Translations under genes and position numbers: made by a program
Source: Anaerolineaceae bacterium UBA4775
GTDB lineage: Bacteria > Chloroflexota > Anaerolineae > Anaerolineales > Anaerolineaceae
Assembly (NCBI GenBank): GCA_002403205.1
Contig: DHHJ01000022.1
Coordinates: 24,105-88,104 of the forward strand
DNA length: 64,000 nt
Reading direction: 5' to 3'
The notes under the pieces: model-generated
Told to the model about the DNA's origin: nothing
The model's database searches: none
What the model saw: the letters and a program-made list of their open reading frames with translations, nothing else
In this document: piece after piece, positions 9,953-21,074 of the stretch
Layout: every line of letters starts with the position of its first letter
How positions within the stretch are numbered: position 1 is the stretch's first letter

Positions 9953-10621
9953 TTGCAGCCTAACGGAGATGTAGCGATCCTGATCATCGAAGGCCGGAGA
10001 GGAGATTATTCGTCTTTTGGTGAAGAATTGACCGCAAAAGGATATCAGGTGACCAAAGCCCCCAGCGGAAGCGCCGGGCTAAAGTTGCTTGGTTCGGTCA
10101 AGCCTCATGTGGTCATCGTGGATGCGGCATCTTTGCGAACCAGCGGAATCAGGATTTGCCAGTCCTTACGCATCTCTGACAATTCACTGCCAATCATCTT
10201 AATTGTTGAAAAACAGATCAAGCTTCCCAAAACTATTGACGCCAACCTGGTGCTCAGGCTGCCCTTCACCGTTCAAAAGCTGATCAATCGCTTGCACGCC
10301 TACTATCCAACCGATGATAAATTTGTCCTCCAGGCCGGCCCGATTGAGCTGAACACCCGCACCCAGCTGGTCACCTGCCATGACCGGCAAACAAAACTGA
10401 CACCTCGGCTGGTTGATATCCTTAAAATGCTGATGGAGAACAACGGCAAAGTCGTCAAGCGTGACCCATTGTTCACAGAGATCTGGGATACGGAATACAC
10501 CGGTGATACCCGGACGCTGGATGTGCATATCAGCTGGCTCAGGCAGGCGATAGAAGAAGACCCGCGCAACCCGAAACTGATCCGGACTGAGCGGGGTGTG
10601 GGTTATATCCTTGAAGCATAA
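9953..10621 (+). CDS. OmpR-family winged-helix response regulator, atypical receiver
   Basis: RTLDVHISWLR, IRTERGVGY; receiver lacks conserved Lys (LRLPF). Confidence 0.85.
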   Translation: MQPNGDVAILIIEGRRGDYSSFGEELTAKGYQVTKAPSGSAGLKLLGSVKPHVVIVDAASLRTSGIRICQSLRISDNSLPIILIVEKQIKLPKTIDANLVLRLPFTVQKLINRLHAYYPTDDKFVLQAGPIELNTRTQLVTCHDRQTKLTPRLVDILKMLMENNGKVVKRDPLFTEIWDTEYTGDTRTLDVHISWLRQAIEEDPRNPKLIRTERGVGYILEA

Positions 10622-10771
10622 ACAGCATTTGTCTTTGCCAACCAAATAGATTTGACCCCTTGCAAGCTATTCGCGTGGAATTTGAATATGTGCGTGCTGG
10701 GTCATGGGTTGTGTTGGTTGAGGTTGGTTCTTAAGCAGTCACATGAAAGCCATCAATGTTAACCTAAGCAG

Positions 10772-12217
10772 GTGATTATGGAATCAAACAAAACGAAAAA
10801 TATCCTTTTGAGTTGTGCGGTGATTGTGTTGATCACCGGTGTGTGTGCGGGTTTGATCGCGATCAGCGGCGTTGCGGTCTCGCGTTTTTGGCCGCTAAGG
10901 TTCAGCTCTGAAGAGGATGTCCAGCCATTGCCCGGTGAGGGTATTCAGGTGCCCACCCCACTGGTGGAACCGGATGAAGACTTACCCGGCCCGATAGATA
11001 CCACCACCCCAGAGGTTGACGAATCGCTCCCAGAGGAGCTTGCTGAAGTAGTGCTTGAGATCGAAGCACAGGTCACGGAACTGCGCGGGCTGACCTTGCG
11101 TCAGCCGGTGCCCCGCATAATGATGACGGCTGAAGAATTAGAAATGATCGTGGTGAACGACTTCTTTGCGGAGTACACCGATGAGGATGCCCGCCAGGAC
11201 GTGCTGGTGCTGTCGCTGCTGGGCTTGATCCCAGCGGATTTTGACCTCAAAAATTTCTACACAGACCTGTACAGCGAGCAAATTTTGGGTTTTTACGACA
11301 GCGAAACAGAGGAGATCTATGTTGTTCAAGGGACAACCTTCGGCGGCAGCGAGAAGCTCACCTATGCCCACGAATTTGTGCATGTTCTCCAGGACCAGAA
11401 CTTCGGGTTTGAAGAGGGCTTGAATCTCACCGACGAAGCCTGTGAAGTTGACTCCGAACGCTGTGCTGCCGCACTGGCACTGAGTGAGGGAGATGCTTCA
11501 TTAACTGAATTGCTCTGGTTTCAGACCTATGCAACCCGTGAGGATTACCAGGACATTGTGCGAGCATTTCAGGATTACGCTAGCCCGGTTTTAGACGCTG
11601 CGCCGCCGTTCATCCAGGCAGATCTGATCTTCCCCTACGAGCAGGGATTCGCATTTGTTCAGAACCTTTATGATCGGGGTGGGTTTGAGGCTGTCGATGC
11701 GGCCTATCTTGACCCGCCGAGCTCAACGGAACAGATCCTTCATCCCAACCTGTATCCCTGGGATGTACCGCAAGTTGTCACCCTGCCAGACCTGACGGAT
11801 GCCCTTGGGGAGGGTTGGACGCTGTTTGACCAAAACGTGATGGGTGAGTGGTTTACCTATTTGATCCTCGGGCAAGCCCATGATGAGGTTTACCGCCTTC
11901 CAGAAAATCAGGCCAGCGCTGCCGCAGAAGGGTGGGGCGGTGATGCGTACGCCTTTTATCTCAACAATAACGCCGATGCGTTGATTTTCATCCTCGAAAC
12001 AATTTGGGATTCGACGGCCGACGCAAATGAATTTGCCGCTGCGCTGACAAATTATGCTGATCTGCGCTGGATAACTGCGGAGGAGCAAATCGCCGGGCAG
12101 CCCACATGGACCGGGACGGAAGGCAGTATCGTTTTCGTGCAGGCTGGCGATCGGACCCTGTGGATCATTGCACCGACGAATGCCCTGGCTGAACGTGTGC
12201 TTTTAGAACTGCAATGA
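10772..12217 (+). CDS. Membrane-anchored putative zinc metallopeptidase
   Basis: N-terminal TM, Pro/acidic linker, HEFVH plus downstream EGDA. Confidence 0.65.
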   Translation: MIMESNKTKNILLSCAVIVLITGVCAGLIAISGVAVSRFWPLRFSSEEDVQPLPGEGIQVPTPLVEPDEDLPGPIDTTTPEVDESLPEELAEVVLEIEAQVTELRGLTLRQPVPRIMMTAEELEMIVVNDFFAEYTDEDARQDVLVLSLLGLIPADFDLKNFYTDLYSEQILGFYDSETEEIYVVQGTTFGGSEKLTYAHEFVHVLQDQNFGFEEGLNLTDEACEVDSERCAAALALSEGDASLTELLWFQTYATREDYQDIVRAFQDYASPVLDAAPPFIQADLIFPYEQGFAFVQNLYDRGGFEAVDAAYLDPPSSTEQILHPNLYPWDVPQVVTLPDLTDALGEGWTLFDQNVMGEWFTYLILGQAHDEVYRLPENQASAAAEGWGGDAYAFYLNNNADALIFILETIWDSTADANEFAAALTNYADLRWITAEEQIAGQPTWTGTEGSIVFVQAGDRTLWIIAPTNALAERVLLELQ

Positions 12218-12927
12218 ACGGAGCGGATTTTATCATCTCCGGTCAGATCGACCTCACGCGGGTGCAAGGCCTCCTGTTCGATGTAGACGGCACCCTCAGT
12301 GATACAGATGACCACCTGGTTGACCGGATAGCGCGATTTTTGGCTCCGGTTGCCTGGCTACGCAAAGACCGTGACACACACCGTTTTGCCAGGGGGATTG
12401 TGATGGGCGTTGAAACTCCGGTGAATTTTCTCTATAGTTTGGCGGACCGGTTTCACCTCGATGAACCACTGGCCCGGGTTTATGAGCGGCTCTCACGCAA
12501 ACGACATGAAAGGACGCCAGCCCACGAGCGGTTTTGGATCGTCCCGGGAGTGAAGGCAATGCTGGCCCATTTCAACGGCCGCCTACCGATGGCCGTGGTC
12601 AGTGCTCGTGATCGGAAAACCACCCTGCATTTTTTAGAGCACTTTGACCTTGTGCCGTATTTTGATGTGATTGTGACGGCCCAAACCTGCATTCACACCA
12701 AGCCCTTTCCTGACCCGGTGATCTTTGCAGCCCAAGAACTGGGCCTTGAGCCGGGGGAATGTGTGATGATCGGCGATACGGTCGTTGATGTGCTGGCCGG
12801 CAAGTCTGCAGGGGCGCAAACCATTGCCGTGCTGTGCGGCTTTGGGACGGAACGTGAGCTGCGACGGGCAGGTGCTGACCAGATTGTCTCCTCAACGGCG
12901 GATATCAGCACATTGTTTGATTTTTAA
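12214..12927 (+). CDS. HAD-superfamily hydrolase (phosphoglycolate phosphatase-like)
   Basis: FDVDGTL, KPFPDP, GDTVVD. Confidence 0.88.
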   Translation: MNGADFIISGQIDLTRVQGLLFDVDGTLSDTDDHLVDRIARFLAPVAWLRKDRDTHRFARGIVMGVETPVNFLYSLADRFHLDEPLARVYERLSRKRHERTPAHERFWIVPGVKAMLAHFNGRLPMAVVSARDRKTTLHFLEHFDLVPYFDVIVTAQTCIHTKPFPDPVIFAAQELGLEPGECVMIGDTVVDVLAGKSAGAQTIAVLCGFGTERELRRAGADQIVSSTADISTLFDF

Positions 12928-13190
12928 GCATCCTACCAGGGACATCGGGGTGAAAGAAGACGCCTGATGGGTGTGCACCTTCTCACTGTAGGTGGTCAGC
13001 CGATCTGTGACCTCATTTCGGGAATTTTGGCAAGTTAAGGGGGGTGGCAACTCAGCGCAGCGGGAAAAGAAGTGACCAATTCCTTTATTTTTGTTATAAT
13101 CCAGTTGAATTATCAGTCGCCTGTCGATCAACAAGGTTAGCGCCGGTGTGTGCTGGTAAGATTACTGGTTTTATCAGGAGCAGCAGGTTG

Positions 13191-13907
13191 ATGAGTAAAG
13201 AAAACAGGCAACGAATCCGGTTATTTATCGAGAGGTACCCCTGGCCGCGCAGGCGCTTTATTCGGCAGGTGTTTATCACCGGGATCAACCTGGCTGCCCT
13301 GGCCCTGACCCGCTGGGAGGTCAGGGGGCGTGAAAATATCCCTGCACAGGGTCCATTGCTGATTGTGGGCAATCATTTTCACTTTCTCGATACGGTAGCG
13401 CCAATTCACACCACACGCTGGCCGCTGGAATTTATCGGCGATTTGGTCATGCCGAATGCCCCTCCCATCATGCGGGTGTTTCCCAATGGGTGGCAAACCC
13501 TGAAGATTCAGCAGGGTACCCCCAACATTGAGGCTTTGCAGGCCTCCCAAGCCATTTTAGCCCAGAACGGGGTGTTGGTGATCTACCCTGAGGGGCACGT
13601 CCATTCCGGCCCGCTGAGCCCTGCCCTGCCCGGCGCCGCCTATATGGCCTTGCGGACCGGTGTGCCCATATTGCCGATGGGCACCATCAGCGATAACGAT
13701 TGGAAGCTGTTTGAAACCATCAAGGAAAAGAAACGTAAACTGGGTGTTTTGACTCAAATCGGCGAGGTTTTTGGCCCAATCCAAACCAGCAACCCTGATC
13801 GGCCATCTCGGGAGGAGATCAAAGCAGCAGGCCGCTTAATCATGACCAGGATCGCTGCCCTGCTGCCCAAGGAGTACAGGGGCGAGTTTGACCCGGAGCT
13901 GGCATAA
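13191..13907 (+). CDS. Lysophospholipid acyltransferase (PlsC-like)
   Basis: NHFHFLD (HxxxxD), YPEG; start at ATG after AGGAG. Confidence 0.85.
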   Translation: MSKENRQRIRLFIERYPWPRRRFIRQVFITGINLAALALTRWEVRGRENIPAQGPLLIVGNHFHFLDTVAPIHTTRWPLEFIGDLVMPNAPPIMRVFPNGWQTLKIQQGTPNIEALQASQAILAQNGVLVIYPEGHVHSGPLSPALPGAAYMALRTGVPILPMGTISDNDWKLFETIKEKKRKLGVLTQIGEVFGPIQTSNPDRPSREEIKAAGRLIMTRIAALLPKEYRGEFDPELA

Positions 13908-14074
13908 GGCCCTGTTTACATCAACATATTCTGAGGTTGCAATCAAATCGCAGCCTCTTTTAAAATCAGCGCCAATTGGAGGGGATAATTAGTGTAAAAC
14001 TGCAAGAATCTTATGATATTTAAATACGGTACACTTAGAATCAATCCGTAACAGGTTTTTAGAAGGATCGTCTT

Positions 14075-15022
14075 ATGCAATACAGAGATTATTATCAGAT
14101 TTTAAATGTGAATAAAAACGCCAGCCAGGCTGAAATTAAAAAAGCCTATCGAAAACTGGCGCGAGAATTTCACCCGGACGTGAATCCGGATGACCCCAAC
14201 GCGGAAGAAAAGTTCAAGGATATCAACGAAGCCTACCAAGTGCTTTCAGACGCTGAGAAACGGGAGAAATACGACCGCTTCGGCTCACAGTGGAAGCAAT
14301 ACCAGCAGACCGGCGGACGGGCAGAGGATTTCGATTGGTCCCAGTGGGCAGCGGGGGGGCAGCCCGGCGGTGCGCAGTACCGAACGGTCTCTCAGGAGGA
14401 ATTCGAGCAAATGTTCGGGGGCGGGCTGGGCGGCTTTTCGGATTTCTTTGAAACCCTGTTCGGCGGCAGGACTGCACGCCGGGGGACACGGCAGTCTTAT
14501 CAACCGGAAATGCGCCGGGGGCGTGATATTGAACATCCCGTTGAAATCACGCTTGAGGAGGCCTTTAGCGGCACAACCCGCTTGCTAACCTTTGAGGACG
14601 GGCGGCGGATAGAAGCGTCCATCCCACCTGGTGTAAAAACGGGGTCTAAGATCCGTCTGAGCGGCCAGGGCGCTGGAGGCTCGGCAAGATCGGGCGATTT
14701 ATTCTTGAAGATCAAAGTGCTGCCCCATGGCAAATTCAGGCGCGAGGGCGACCATCTGTACATTGATCAACCGGTGGATTTTTTCACGGCACTGCTGGGC
14801 GGTGAGGTGACGGTAGCGACCATCGATAAAACCGTCAAGCTGACCGTCCCACCCGAGACGGATTCTGGAAGGATATTCCGTTTGAAGGGTTTGGGAATGC
14901 CGAAATTGAGCCAACCCGGCAAGCGTGGCGACCTGTTTGCCGTGCTGGAGGTGCAGGTGCCTAAAAACCTCACACCTGAGCAAAGAGAACAATTCAAAGC
15001 GTTGCAGGAGTCGCTGCAATAA
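14075..15022 (+). CDS. cbpA: Class B J-domain protein (CbpA-like)
   Basis: J-domain HPD, G/F region, C-terminal domain, no CxxCxGxG zinc fingers. Confidence 0.82.
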   Translation: MQYRDYYQILNVNKNASQAEIKKAYRKLAREFHPDVNPDDPNAEEKFKDINEAYQVLSDAEKREKYDRFGSQWKQYQQTGGRAEDFDWSQWAAGGQPGGAQYRTVSQEEFEQMFGGGLGGFSDFFETLFGGRTARRGTRQSYQPEMRRGRDIEHPVEITLEEAFSGTTRLLTFEDGRRIEASIPPGVKTGSKIRLSGQGAGGSARSGDLFLKIKVLPHGKFRREGDHLYIDQPVDFFTALLGGEVTVATIDKTVKLTVPPETDSGRIFRLKGLGMPKLSQPGKRGDLFAVLEVQVPKNLTPEQREQFKALQESLQ

Positions 15023-15033
15023 AGGACGCACAC

Positions 15034-15780
15034 ATGCATACAGATTCCACCCAGGTTTTCCCCAACAAAACTGCGCTAACCGGGGCAGCAGTTGACCTGT
15101 TTATCTCCCTGGCTCAGCACTCCATCAAAGAACGGGGTGCTTTCTCTGTAGCGCTTTCCGGCGGGAGCACACCCAAAGCGCTGTATACCCAGCTGGCTGA
15201 GCCTGGGCTTCAGGATCAACTGGCCTGGGCGGATATCCACCTTTTTTGGGGCGATGAACGCTATGTTTTGCCTGACCATCCCGAATCGAATTTTCGTATG
15301 GTCAAGGAAGCCCTGCTTTCAAAGGTGGATATACCTGAGGAGAATGTTCACCGGGTGAAAACAGAGATAGACGTTCGGATGGCTGCCTTTGATTACGAAG
15401 AGCAACTGCGTGCACACTTTTCCTCCCCCTGGCCGCGCTTTGACCTGGTGCTGCTCGGAATGGGTACCGATGGGCATACCGCCTCATTATTTCCTCATAC
15501 TGCAGGTTTGAACGAAGAACACCGCTGGTTCATTGCCAACCAGGTGCCTGCGCAGGGTGTGTGGCGGTTGACATTGACCAAACATGCGATCAATGCAGGT
15601 CGGCAGATCGTGGTCTTGGTGAGTGGTATATCCAAGGCGGACATGTTGTCTGTGGTGTGGACCGGCCCGCAGGAGCCCATGCAGAAACCCATTCAGTTGA
15701 TCTCACCAATCGAAGGTGAGATGACCTGGCTGATCGACCAGGATGCTGCCAGCCAACTGCCGGCTGCTCAACTTACCTAA
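15034..15780 (+). CDS. pgl: 6-phosphogluconolactonase
   Basis: ALSGGSTP, FWGDER, LGMGTDGHTASLFP. Confidence 0.95.
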   Translation: MHTDSTQVFPNKTALTGAAVDLFISLAQHSIKERGAFSVALSGGSTPKALYTQLAEPGLQDQLAWADIHLFWGDERYVLPDHPESNFRMVKEALLSKVDIPEENVHRVKTEIDVRMAAFDYEEQLRAHFSSPWPRFDLVLLGMGTDGHTASLFPHTAGLNEEHRWFIANQVPAQGVWRLTLTKHAINAGRQIVVLVSGISKADMLSVVWTGPQEPMQKPIQLISPIEGEMTWLIDQDAASQLPAAQLT

Positions 15781-16102
15781 AACCTGATTTCCCAATATAA
15801 ACCTATAATTACGAGCCATTCAAAGGATTGGTGATTATTTAACAGAAATCCGGCAGGTTTCTACTGATTCGTGTCATTCAACCGCCGGTTGATAAATGTG
15901 GGGGGTAACCTGATTTAAAAAGATGAGTGCGAACACAACTTTGGGAGCCAGTTGGCCTTGTACCTGGCCAGGCTTGCAGACAAAAATATTAAACTAATTA
16001 AAAAATTGTGACTGTTTGAATAAAACAGCTGAACATTTATGAGTAAACACTTATATAAGACCTGCTTGACTGACACTATCCGGGGGTGTTATGATTCTGT
16101 AC

Positions 16103-17398
16103 ATGTATTTACGCGGCAGTAAATGGTCCATGAATAAGCGCAAGCAGCGATCAAACCCCTGGCTGATCGCTTTTCTGCTAATTGGGATTGGTCTGTTGGT
16201 TTACATCAATATGAATGTGATCCCAACCATGCCTCCCCCCTTTGTGCCTACCCCTACGCCAACCCGAAACCCGGTGTCGTATGCCGAAGAAGCGAACAGC
16301 TACCTAGCGGAGGGCAGAATCGGCATGGCCAAAGAATCCTACGAAGCAGCGATCAGGGCCAACCCCCAGGAAATTTCCAATTACCTCAACCTGGCCAGGC
16401 TGCAGCTTTACGGCGGTGAATATGAGGCTGCCCGGGTTAACGCTGAGAATGCGCTTTTGCTGGACAGCACCCGGCCGTTGGCCTATTCGCTGCTGGCCTG
16501 GGCAAAGGGCTTTACGGGTGAGTTTCTAGAGGCAGAAGCCGATCTCCGCACTGCTTTGGAGCTTGACCCAAATAACGCCTTAGCGCATGCTGTGTATGCC
16601 AACATCCTGGCCAGGCGTGTGGCGAGCGACCTGGGTGAGATCAATACGTTGGAAAAGGCGATTGAGCATTCGCAGACCGCCATGGCGATCGATCCGCAAA
16701 TGATGGAAGTGCGCTGGGCGCGCGGTTATGTGCTGGAAATCACCGGCAATTACGATGAGGCGATCGAGCAGCTCAAATTCGCCATCGAGTTGAATGACAA
16801 TATCGCCGAGCTGCATATGGCCTTGGGCAGGAACTATTTTACAGTTGAAGAATACGACCAGGCAGTTTTCGAATTTACCAAAGCCTATTCGTTAAATCCC
16901 ACTGACCCTGAACCCAACTGGTATATCTCACGGGTATATTCACGGATCGGTGAGTTTGCCAAAGCGGTTCAGTATGCTGAACAGGCTGTGAACGACGACC
17001 CATCCAACCCAAGAATGCACGGCAATTTGGGTTCGATGTATTTTCGCAACCTGCAATACAACCGGGCGATCGAATCCCTCGAGCTGGCTGTGCGCGGCGG
17101 TGTCACGTCAGGCGGCGTTGTTGTAGAAGGCTTGCCGCTGAGCTACTCTATGTCGGTGATGGAGTTTTACAGCCGCTATGGGCTCGCCCTGGCCCGTGTG
17201 AACCGCTGCAGCGAAGCTGTCCAGGTGGCACAGGCAATGATCCAAACCGTGCCGGATGATCCCACGTCAATGTATAACGCCGAGATCATGATCGAAACCT
17301 GCCAGGAATTCCAGGAAAACCCACCGACTCCTGAGCCTGTCGAAGAGGAATCGGGTGAAATCGGTCAGCCTGAGCCAGGTTCACAAAACGGAGATTAA
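16103..17398 (+). CDS. Membrane-anchored TPR protein
   Basis: TM helix, PTPTPTR linker, multiple TPRs; MYL start matches paralog. Confidence 0.8.
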   Translation: MYLRGSKWSMNKRKQRSNPWLIAFLLIGIGLLVYINMNVIPTMPPPFVPTPTPTRNPVSYAEEANSYLAEGRIGMAKESYEAAIRANPQEISNYLNLARLQLYGGEYEAARVNAENALLLDSTRPLAYSLLAWAKGFTGEFLEAEADLRTALELDPNNALAHAVYANILARRVASDLGEINTLEKAIEHSQTAMAIDPQMMEVRWARGYVLEITGNYDEAIEQLKFAIELNDNIAELHMALGRNYFTVEEYDQAVFEFTKAYSLNPTDPEPNWYISRVYSRIGEFAKAVQYAEQAVNDDPSNPRMHGNLGSMYFRNLQYNRAIESLELAVRGGVTSGGVVVEGLPLSYSMSVMEFYSRYGLALARVNRCSEAVQVAQAMIQTVPDDPTSMYNAEIMIETCQEFQENPPTPEPVEEESGEIGQPEPGSQNGD

Positions 17399-17423
17399 CC
17401 CCAAGCACGGGTAAGCAATCACC

Positions 17424-18836
17424 ATGTACCTTCAAGGCAGAGATCCACACTTCAGACACTCCCGTAAACGAGGGAACCCTTACAAGATTCTTGTATTTGT
17501 GGTGTTAATTGTGTTCTTCATCACGGTATTGACGGGAATTGTTCAGGGGGATGTCCAGCCTTTGTTCCTGCCGACTCCAACGCCGACCCGTACCTCAAAT
17601 TCCTTCGTGATTGAGGGCAGGACCCATTTCGAGGCCGGCAATCTTGAAGCGGCCATCACTGCCCTCAAACGGGCTGCGGGGCTTGACCCGGAGAACCCAG
17701 AAATTTTTGCGGAGCTGGCACGCATTCAAACCTATTCATCTGCCTTGATGACCACCGACGCAGAACGCTCGCAGCGCTTGAGCGAAGCGCTTGAATCCAT
17801 CGACTGGGCGAAAGAGCTTGACCCAAATGATAGCGAGGTGCTGGCCATCCGCGCTTTTGTTTTGGATTGGAGCTCCAACCCGTTCTTGGTGGATGAGGAG
17901 ACTTCCGAAGAATTGCTGAACCGGGCTGAAGCTGAGGCGTTGATGGCGCTCCAGGTTGATGGCGGCAACACGTTGGCTTTGGCTTATTACGCAGAAGTGC
18001 TGGTCAGCCAGAAAAAGTGGAACCAGGCTTACCAGTACATTCAGCAGGCCGTGGAGCGGGATCCTACCCTGATGGATGTGCAGCGCATCATGGCCTACAC
18101 CTACGAGACTCTGGGTGAATACAACCTGGCGATCCAGTCTTACAATCGTGCCATTGAGATTATGCCCAACTACACCTATCTCTACATTGCAGTTGGCCGG
18201 ATCTACAGGCACCTGCAGCTGTATGACCAAGCCCTGGAGAACTTTGCCAGGGCTGCCAACCTGAACCAGCAGTTAGGTGTAAAAGATCCTACACCGTACC
18301 TGGCAATCGCCAACACTTACGCCCAGGATGGTGAATTTTTCGCTGCTGCCCTGAATGTGCAGCAGGCGCTGACCTTCACGCCTGCCAATCCCAGTGTTTA
18401 CGGTCAGCTGGGGGTGATCTATCACAAATCTCGCAATTACGAGGGTGCGATCCCGGCATTGGCTTGCTCAATCGAGGGATGCAGCGCCGAGGTAAGCTGT
18501 GAAGTGCGGCGATGCAACCCGGATGTCGACCCGATGGTAGCTGTCGAGGGTCTGCCTCTTTCGGGCAGCACCGTGGTGAATTATTTCACTTATGGTTCGG
18601 TATTGGCCGGGTTGCACCGCCCGGGTGATGACAAATGTGATAAGGCGTTGGATATTTTTGCCCAATTAAGGGGCAGCTATGCTGAAGACCCCACGATCAT
18701 GAGCATCGTCCGAGCGGGTGAAGAGATCTGCGCGTACAGTTTACGCTCCACAGGAGATGGGCTCGCCGACGCGCCAGCCGGTGAGGCTGAACCGGCCCTG
18801 ATTGATCAACCGGATGCAGGGGCAGACGAGGATTAA
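17424..18836 (+). CDS. Membrane-anchored TPR protein (paralog of upstream gene)
   Basis: Same architecture with extra Cys cluster. Confidence 0.8.
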   Translation: MYLQGRDPHFRHSRKRGNPYKILVFVVLIVFFITVLTGIVQGDVQPLFLPTPTPTRTSNSFVIEGRTHFEAGNLEAAITALKRAAGLDPENPEIFAELARIQTYSSALMTTDAERSQRLSEALESIDWAKELDPNDSEVLAIRAFVLDWSSNPFLVDEETSEELLNRAEAEALMALQVDGGNTLALAYYAEVLVSQKKWNQAYQYIQQAVERDPTLMDVQRIMAYTYETLGEYNLAIQSYNRAIEIMPNYTYLYIAVGRIYRHLQLYDQALENFARAANLNQQLGVKDPTPYLAIANTYAQDGEFFAAALNVQQALTFTPANPSVYGQLGVIYHKSRNYEGAIPALACSIEGCSAEVSCEVRRCNPDVDPMVAVEGLPLSGSTVVNYFTYGSVLAGLHRPGDDKCDKALDIFAQLRGSYAEDPTIMSIVRAGEEICAYSLRSTGDGLADAPAGEAEPALIDQPDAGADED

Positions 18837-18887
18837 CGCCTGCCTGGGGGTTATGTAAATCTTTTATAAGAATCATCATTTACGCCC

Positions 18888-18916
18888 TTGACGTGAATTT
18901 TGAAGAAAGGTAAGAT
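18888..18916 (+). promoter_or_regulatory. Sigma70 promoter of groESL
   Basis: TTGACG-17-TAAGAT. Confidence 0.8.
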
Positions 18917-18923
18917 AGGGGTG

Positions 18924-18950
18924 TTAGCACTCTTATGGATGGAGTGCTAA
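18924..18950 (+). promoter_or_regulatory. CIRCE element (HrcA operator)
   Basis: Perfect TTAGCACTC-N9-GAGTGCTAA. Confidence 0.97.
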
Positions 18951-19001
18951 ATTGATGAATAAATACCAATAAAAATTCAATTAATTCAAATGGAGGAATG
19001 T

Positions 19002-19298
19002 ATGGCAATCTCAATCAAACCTTTGGGCAATCGCCTTGTGGTCGAACCCATCGAGGAAGAAGAAATTACTGCTGGAGGCATCGTGCTTCCCGAAACCGCA
19101 AAAGAGAAACCCCAAAAGGGGACGGTTTTAGCTGTTGGCCCTGGTGAGCGCAACGATAAAGGTGAGCATATGGCCCTTGAAGTTGCTGAAGGCGATCAGG
19201 TCCTGTTCGCGAAATATTCCGGGACCGAAATCAAGTACGATGGCAAAAAATTGTTGATCATGCGAGAAAGCGACATCCTCGCAAAAATTGACAAATAA
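19002..19298 (+). CDS. groES: Co-chaperonin GroES
   Basis: IKPLGNR, GGIVLP, AVGPG; GGAGG RBS before 19002. Confidence 0.98.
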   Translation: MAISIKPLGNRLVVEPIEEEEITAGGIVLPETAKEKPQKGTVLAVGPGERNDKGEHMALEVAEGDQVLFAKYSGTEIKYDGKKLLIMRESDILAKIDK

Positions 19299-19326
19299 TT
19301 GATTGGAATCCAAGGAGTAATTAATA

Positions 19327-20970
19327 ATGGCTAAACAAATCGTTTTTTCTGAAGAAGCACGCCGATCGCTGAAGGCTGGGATTGATATCGTAGCGAAATC
19401 GGTTGTCACCACCCTGGGCCCAAAGGGCCGCAACGTGGCCTTAGATCGTAAATTTGGGTCACCCACCATCACCCATGACGGCGTCACAGTCGCCAAGGAA
19501 ATTGAACTGGAAGATCCCTTCGAGAACATGGGCGCGCAACTGCTCAAGGAAGCAGCCACCAAGACCAACGACATTGCCGGTGACGGCACCACCACCTCCA
19601 CCGTTTTGGCGCACTCGATCGTTTCTGATGGCCTGAAGAACCTGGCCGCAGGCGCCAACCCGATGCTCCTCAAACGCGGCATCGAAGCAGCCTCCAAGGC
19701 AGTGGCAGACGCCATTGGTGAGTTGGCGATTGACATCACCACCAAAGAAGAAATCGCCAACGTGGCCTCAATTTCCGCCCAGGATCGGGAAATTGGCGAG
19801 CTGATCGCTGAAGTGATGGACAAAGTTGGTAAAGACGGCGTTATCACGGTTGAAGAATCACGCGGCCTCGAATTTGAGACCGAATATGTTGAGGGTATGC
19901 AGTTCGATCGTGGTTACATTTCACCTTATTTCATCACCGACCCAGAAGCCATGGAAGCTTCGATCGAGGAACCTTACGTCCTGGTTTACGATAAGAAGAT
20001 CTCGGCAGCTAGCGATATTGTCCCCCTGCTGGAAAAACTGGTGCAGGTTGGCAAGCGTGAACTCTTGATCATCGCTGAGGACATCGATGGCGAAGCACTG
20101 GCAACATTGGTGCTCAACAAATTGCGTGGTATGCTGAATGTGCTTGCAGTCAAAGCCCCTGGTTTTGGCGATCGACGCAAAGCCATGCTGCAGGATATCG
20201 CCATTCTGACCGGCGCGACCGTGATCTCTGAAGAGACCGGCCGCAAGCTGGAGACCGTGACCATCAACGATCTTGGCCAGGCTGAAAAAGTGGTCAGCAC
20301 CAAAGATGATACGACCGTTGTTGGCGGCAAGGGTGAGACCACTGAAATCAAAGGCCGCATCGAGCAGATCCGGGTCGAAATCGACAACACCACCAGCGAT
20401 TACGATCGCGAGAAACTGCAAGAGCGTCTTGCCAAACTGTCTGGCGGCGTTGCCATCATTCGTGTTGGTGCAGCCACCGAGACAGAGCTGAAAGAAAAGA
20501 AACACCGCGTTGAAGACGCCCTTTCCGCAACCCGTGCGGCGGTGGAAGAGGGCATTGTCCCCGGCGGCGGCGTTGCCCTGATCAATGCGATGAGCGCAAT
20601 AGAAAACCTCGAGATGGACAGTGATGATGCGCAAATCGGCGTCAAGATCGTCCGTGATGCATTGGAAATCCCGATGCGCAAGATCGCTGAGAACGCTGGC
20701 AAAGATGGTTCAGTGATTGTTGAACACGTCCGCCAGGCACAGGCAAAGGAAAAGAATCCTCGCATTGGCTTCGACGTTCTGAGTGAAGAATACGTCGATA
20801 TGGTCAAGGGCGGCGTGATTGATCCTGCCAAGGTGACCCGCGGCGCTTTGGAAAATGCAGCCTCGATTGCTGCCATGATCCTGACCACCGAAGCCCTCAT
20901 CACCGACATTCCTGAGGATGAACCCCCAATGCCCGCAGGTGGACCCGGCGGCATGGGAATGGGCTACTAA
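19327..20970 (+). CDS. groEL: Chaperonin GroEL
   Basis: [22 protein letters not shown] tail. Confidence 0.99.
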   Translation: MAKQIVFSEEARRSLKAGIDIVAKSVVTTLGPKGRNVALDRKFGSPTITHDGVTVAKEIELEDPFENMGAQLLKEAATKTNDIAGDGTTTSTVLAHSIVSDGLKNLAAGANPMLLKRGIEAASKAVADAIGELAIDITTKEEIANVASISAQDREIGELIAEVMDKVGKDGVITVEESRGLEFETEYVEGMQFDRGYISPYFITDPEAMEASIEEPYVLVYDKKISAASDIVPLLEKLVQVGKRELLIIAEDIDGEALATLVLNKLRGMLNVLAVKAPGFGDRRKAMLQDIAILTGATVISEETGRKLETVTINDLGQAEKVVSTKDDTTVVGGKGETTEIKGRIEQIRVEIDNTTSDYDREKLQERLAKLSGGVAIIRVGAATETELKEKKHRVEDALSATRAAVEEGIVPGGGVALINAMSAIENLEMDSDDAQIGVKIVRDALEIPMRKIAENAGKDGSVIVEHVRQAQAKEKNPRIGFDVLSEEYVDMVKGGVIDPAKVTRGALENAASIAAMILTTEALITDIPEDEPPMPAGGPGGMGMGY

Positions 20971-20997
20971 GCCGAAAATTTCCTCCCTTAAACAACT

Positions 20998-21031
20998 CAG
21001 GCTGATCCGGAAAGGATCAGCCTGTTTTTTT
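20998..21031 (+). terminator. Rho-independent terminator of groESL
   Basis: CAGGCTGATCC-5-GGATCAGCCTG-T7. Confidence 0.9.
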
Positions 21032-21074
21032 ATGCCAGGTTTGTTTTTTTCTCAGCGCTGGTATAATGGAAGCC

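Noticed and set aside
19128-20954. Long antisense ORFs over groEL (and similar ones over cysS, dnaB, liv, DUF711)
   Set aside because: Shadow ORFs from codon bias; no motifs or RBS
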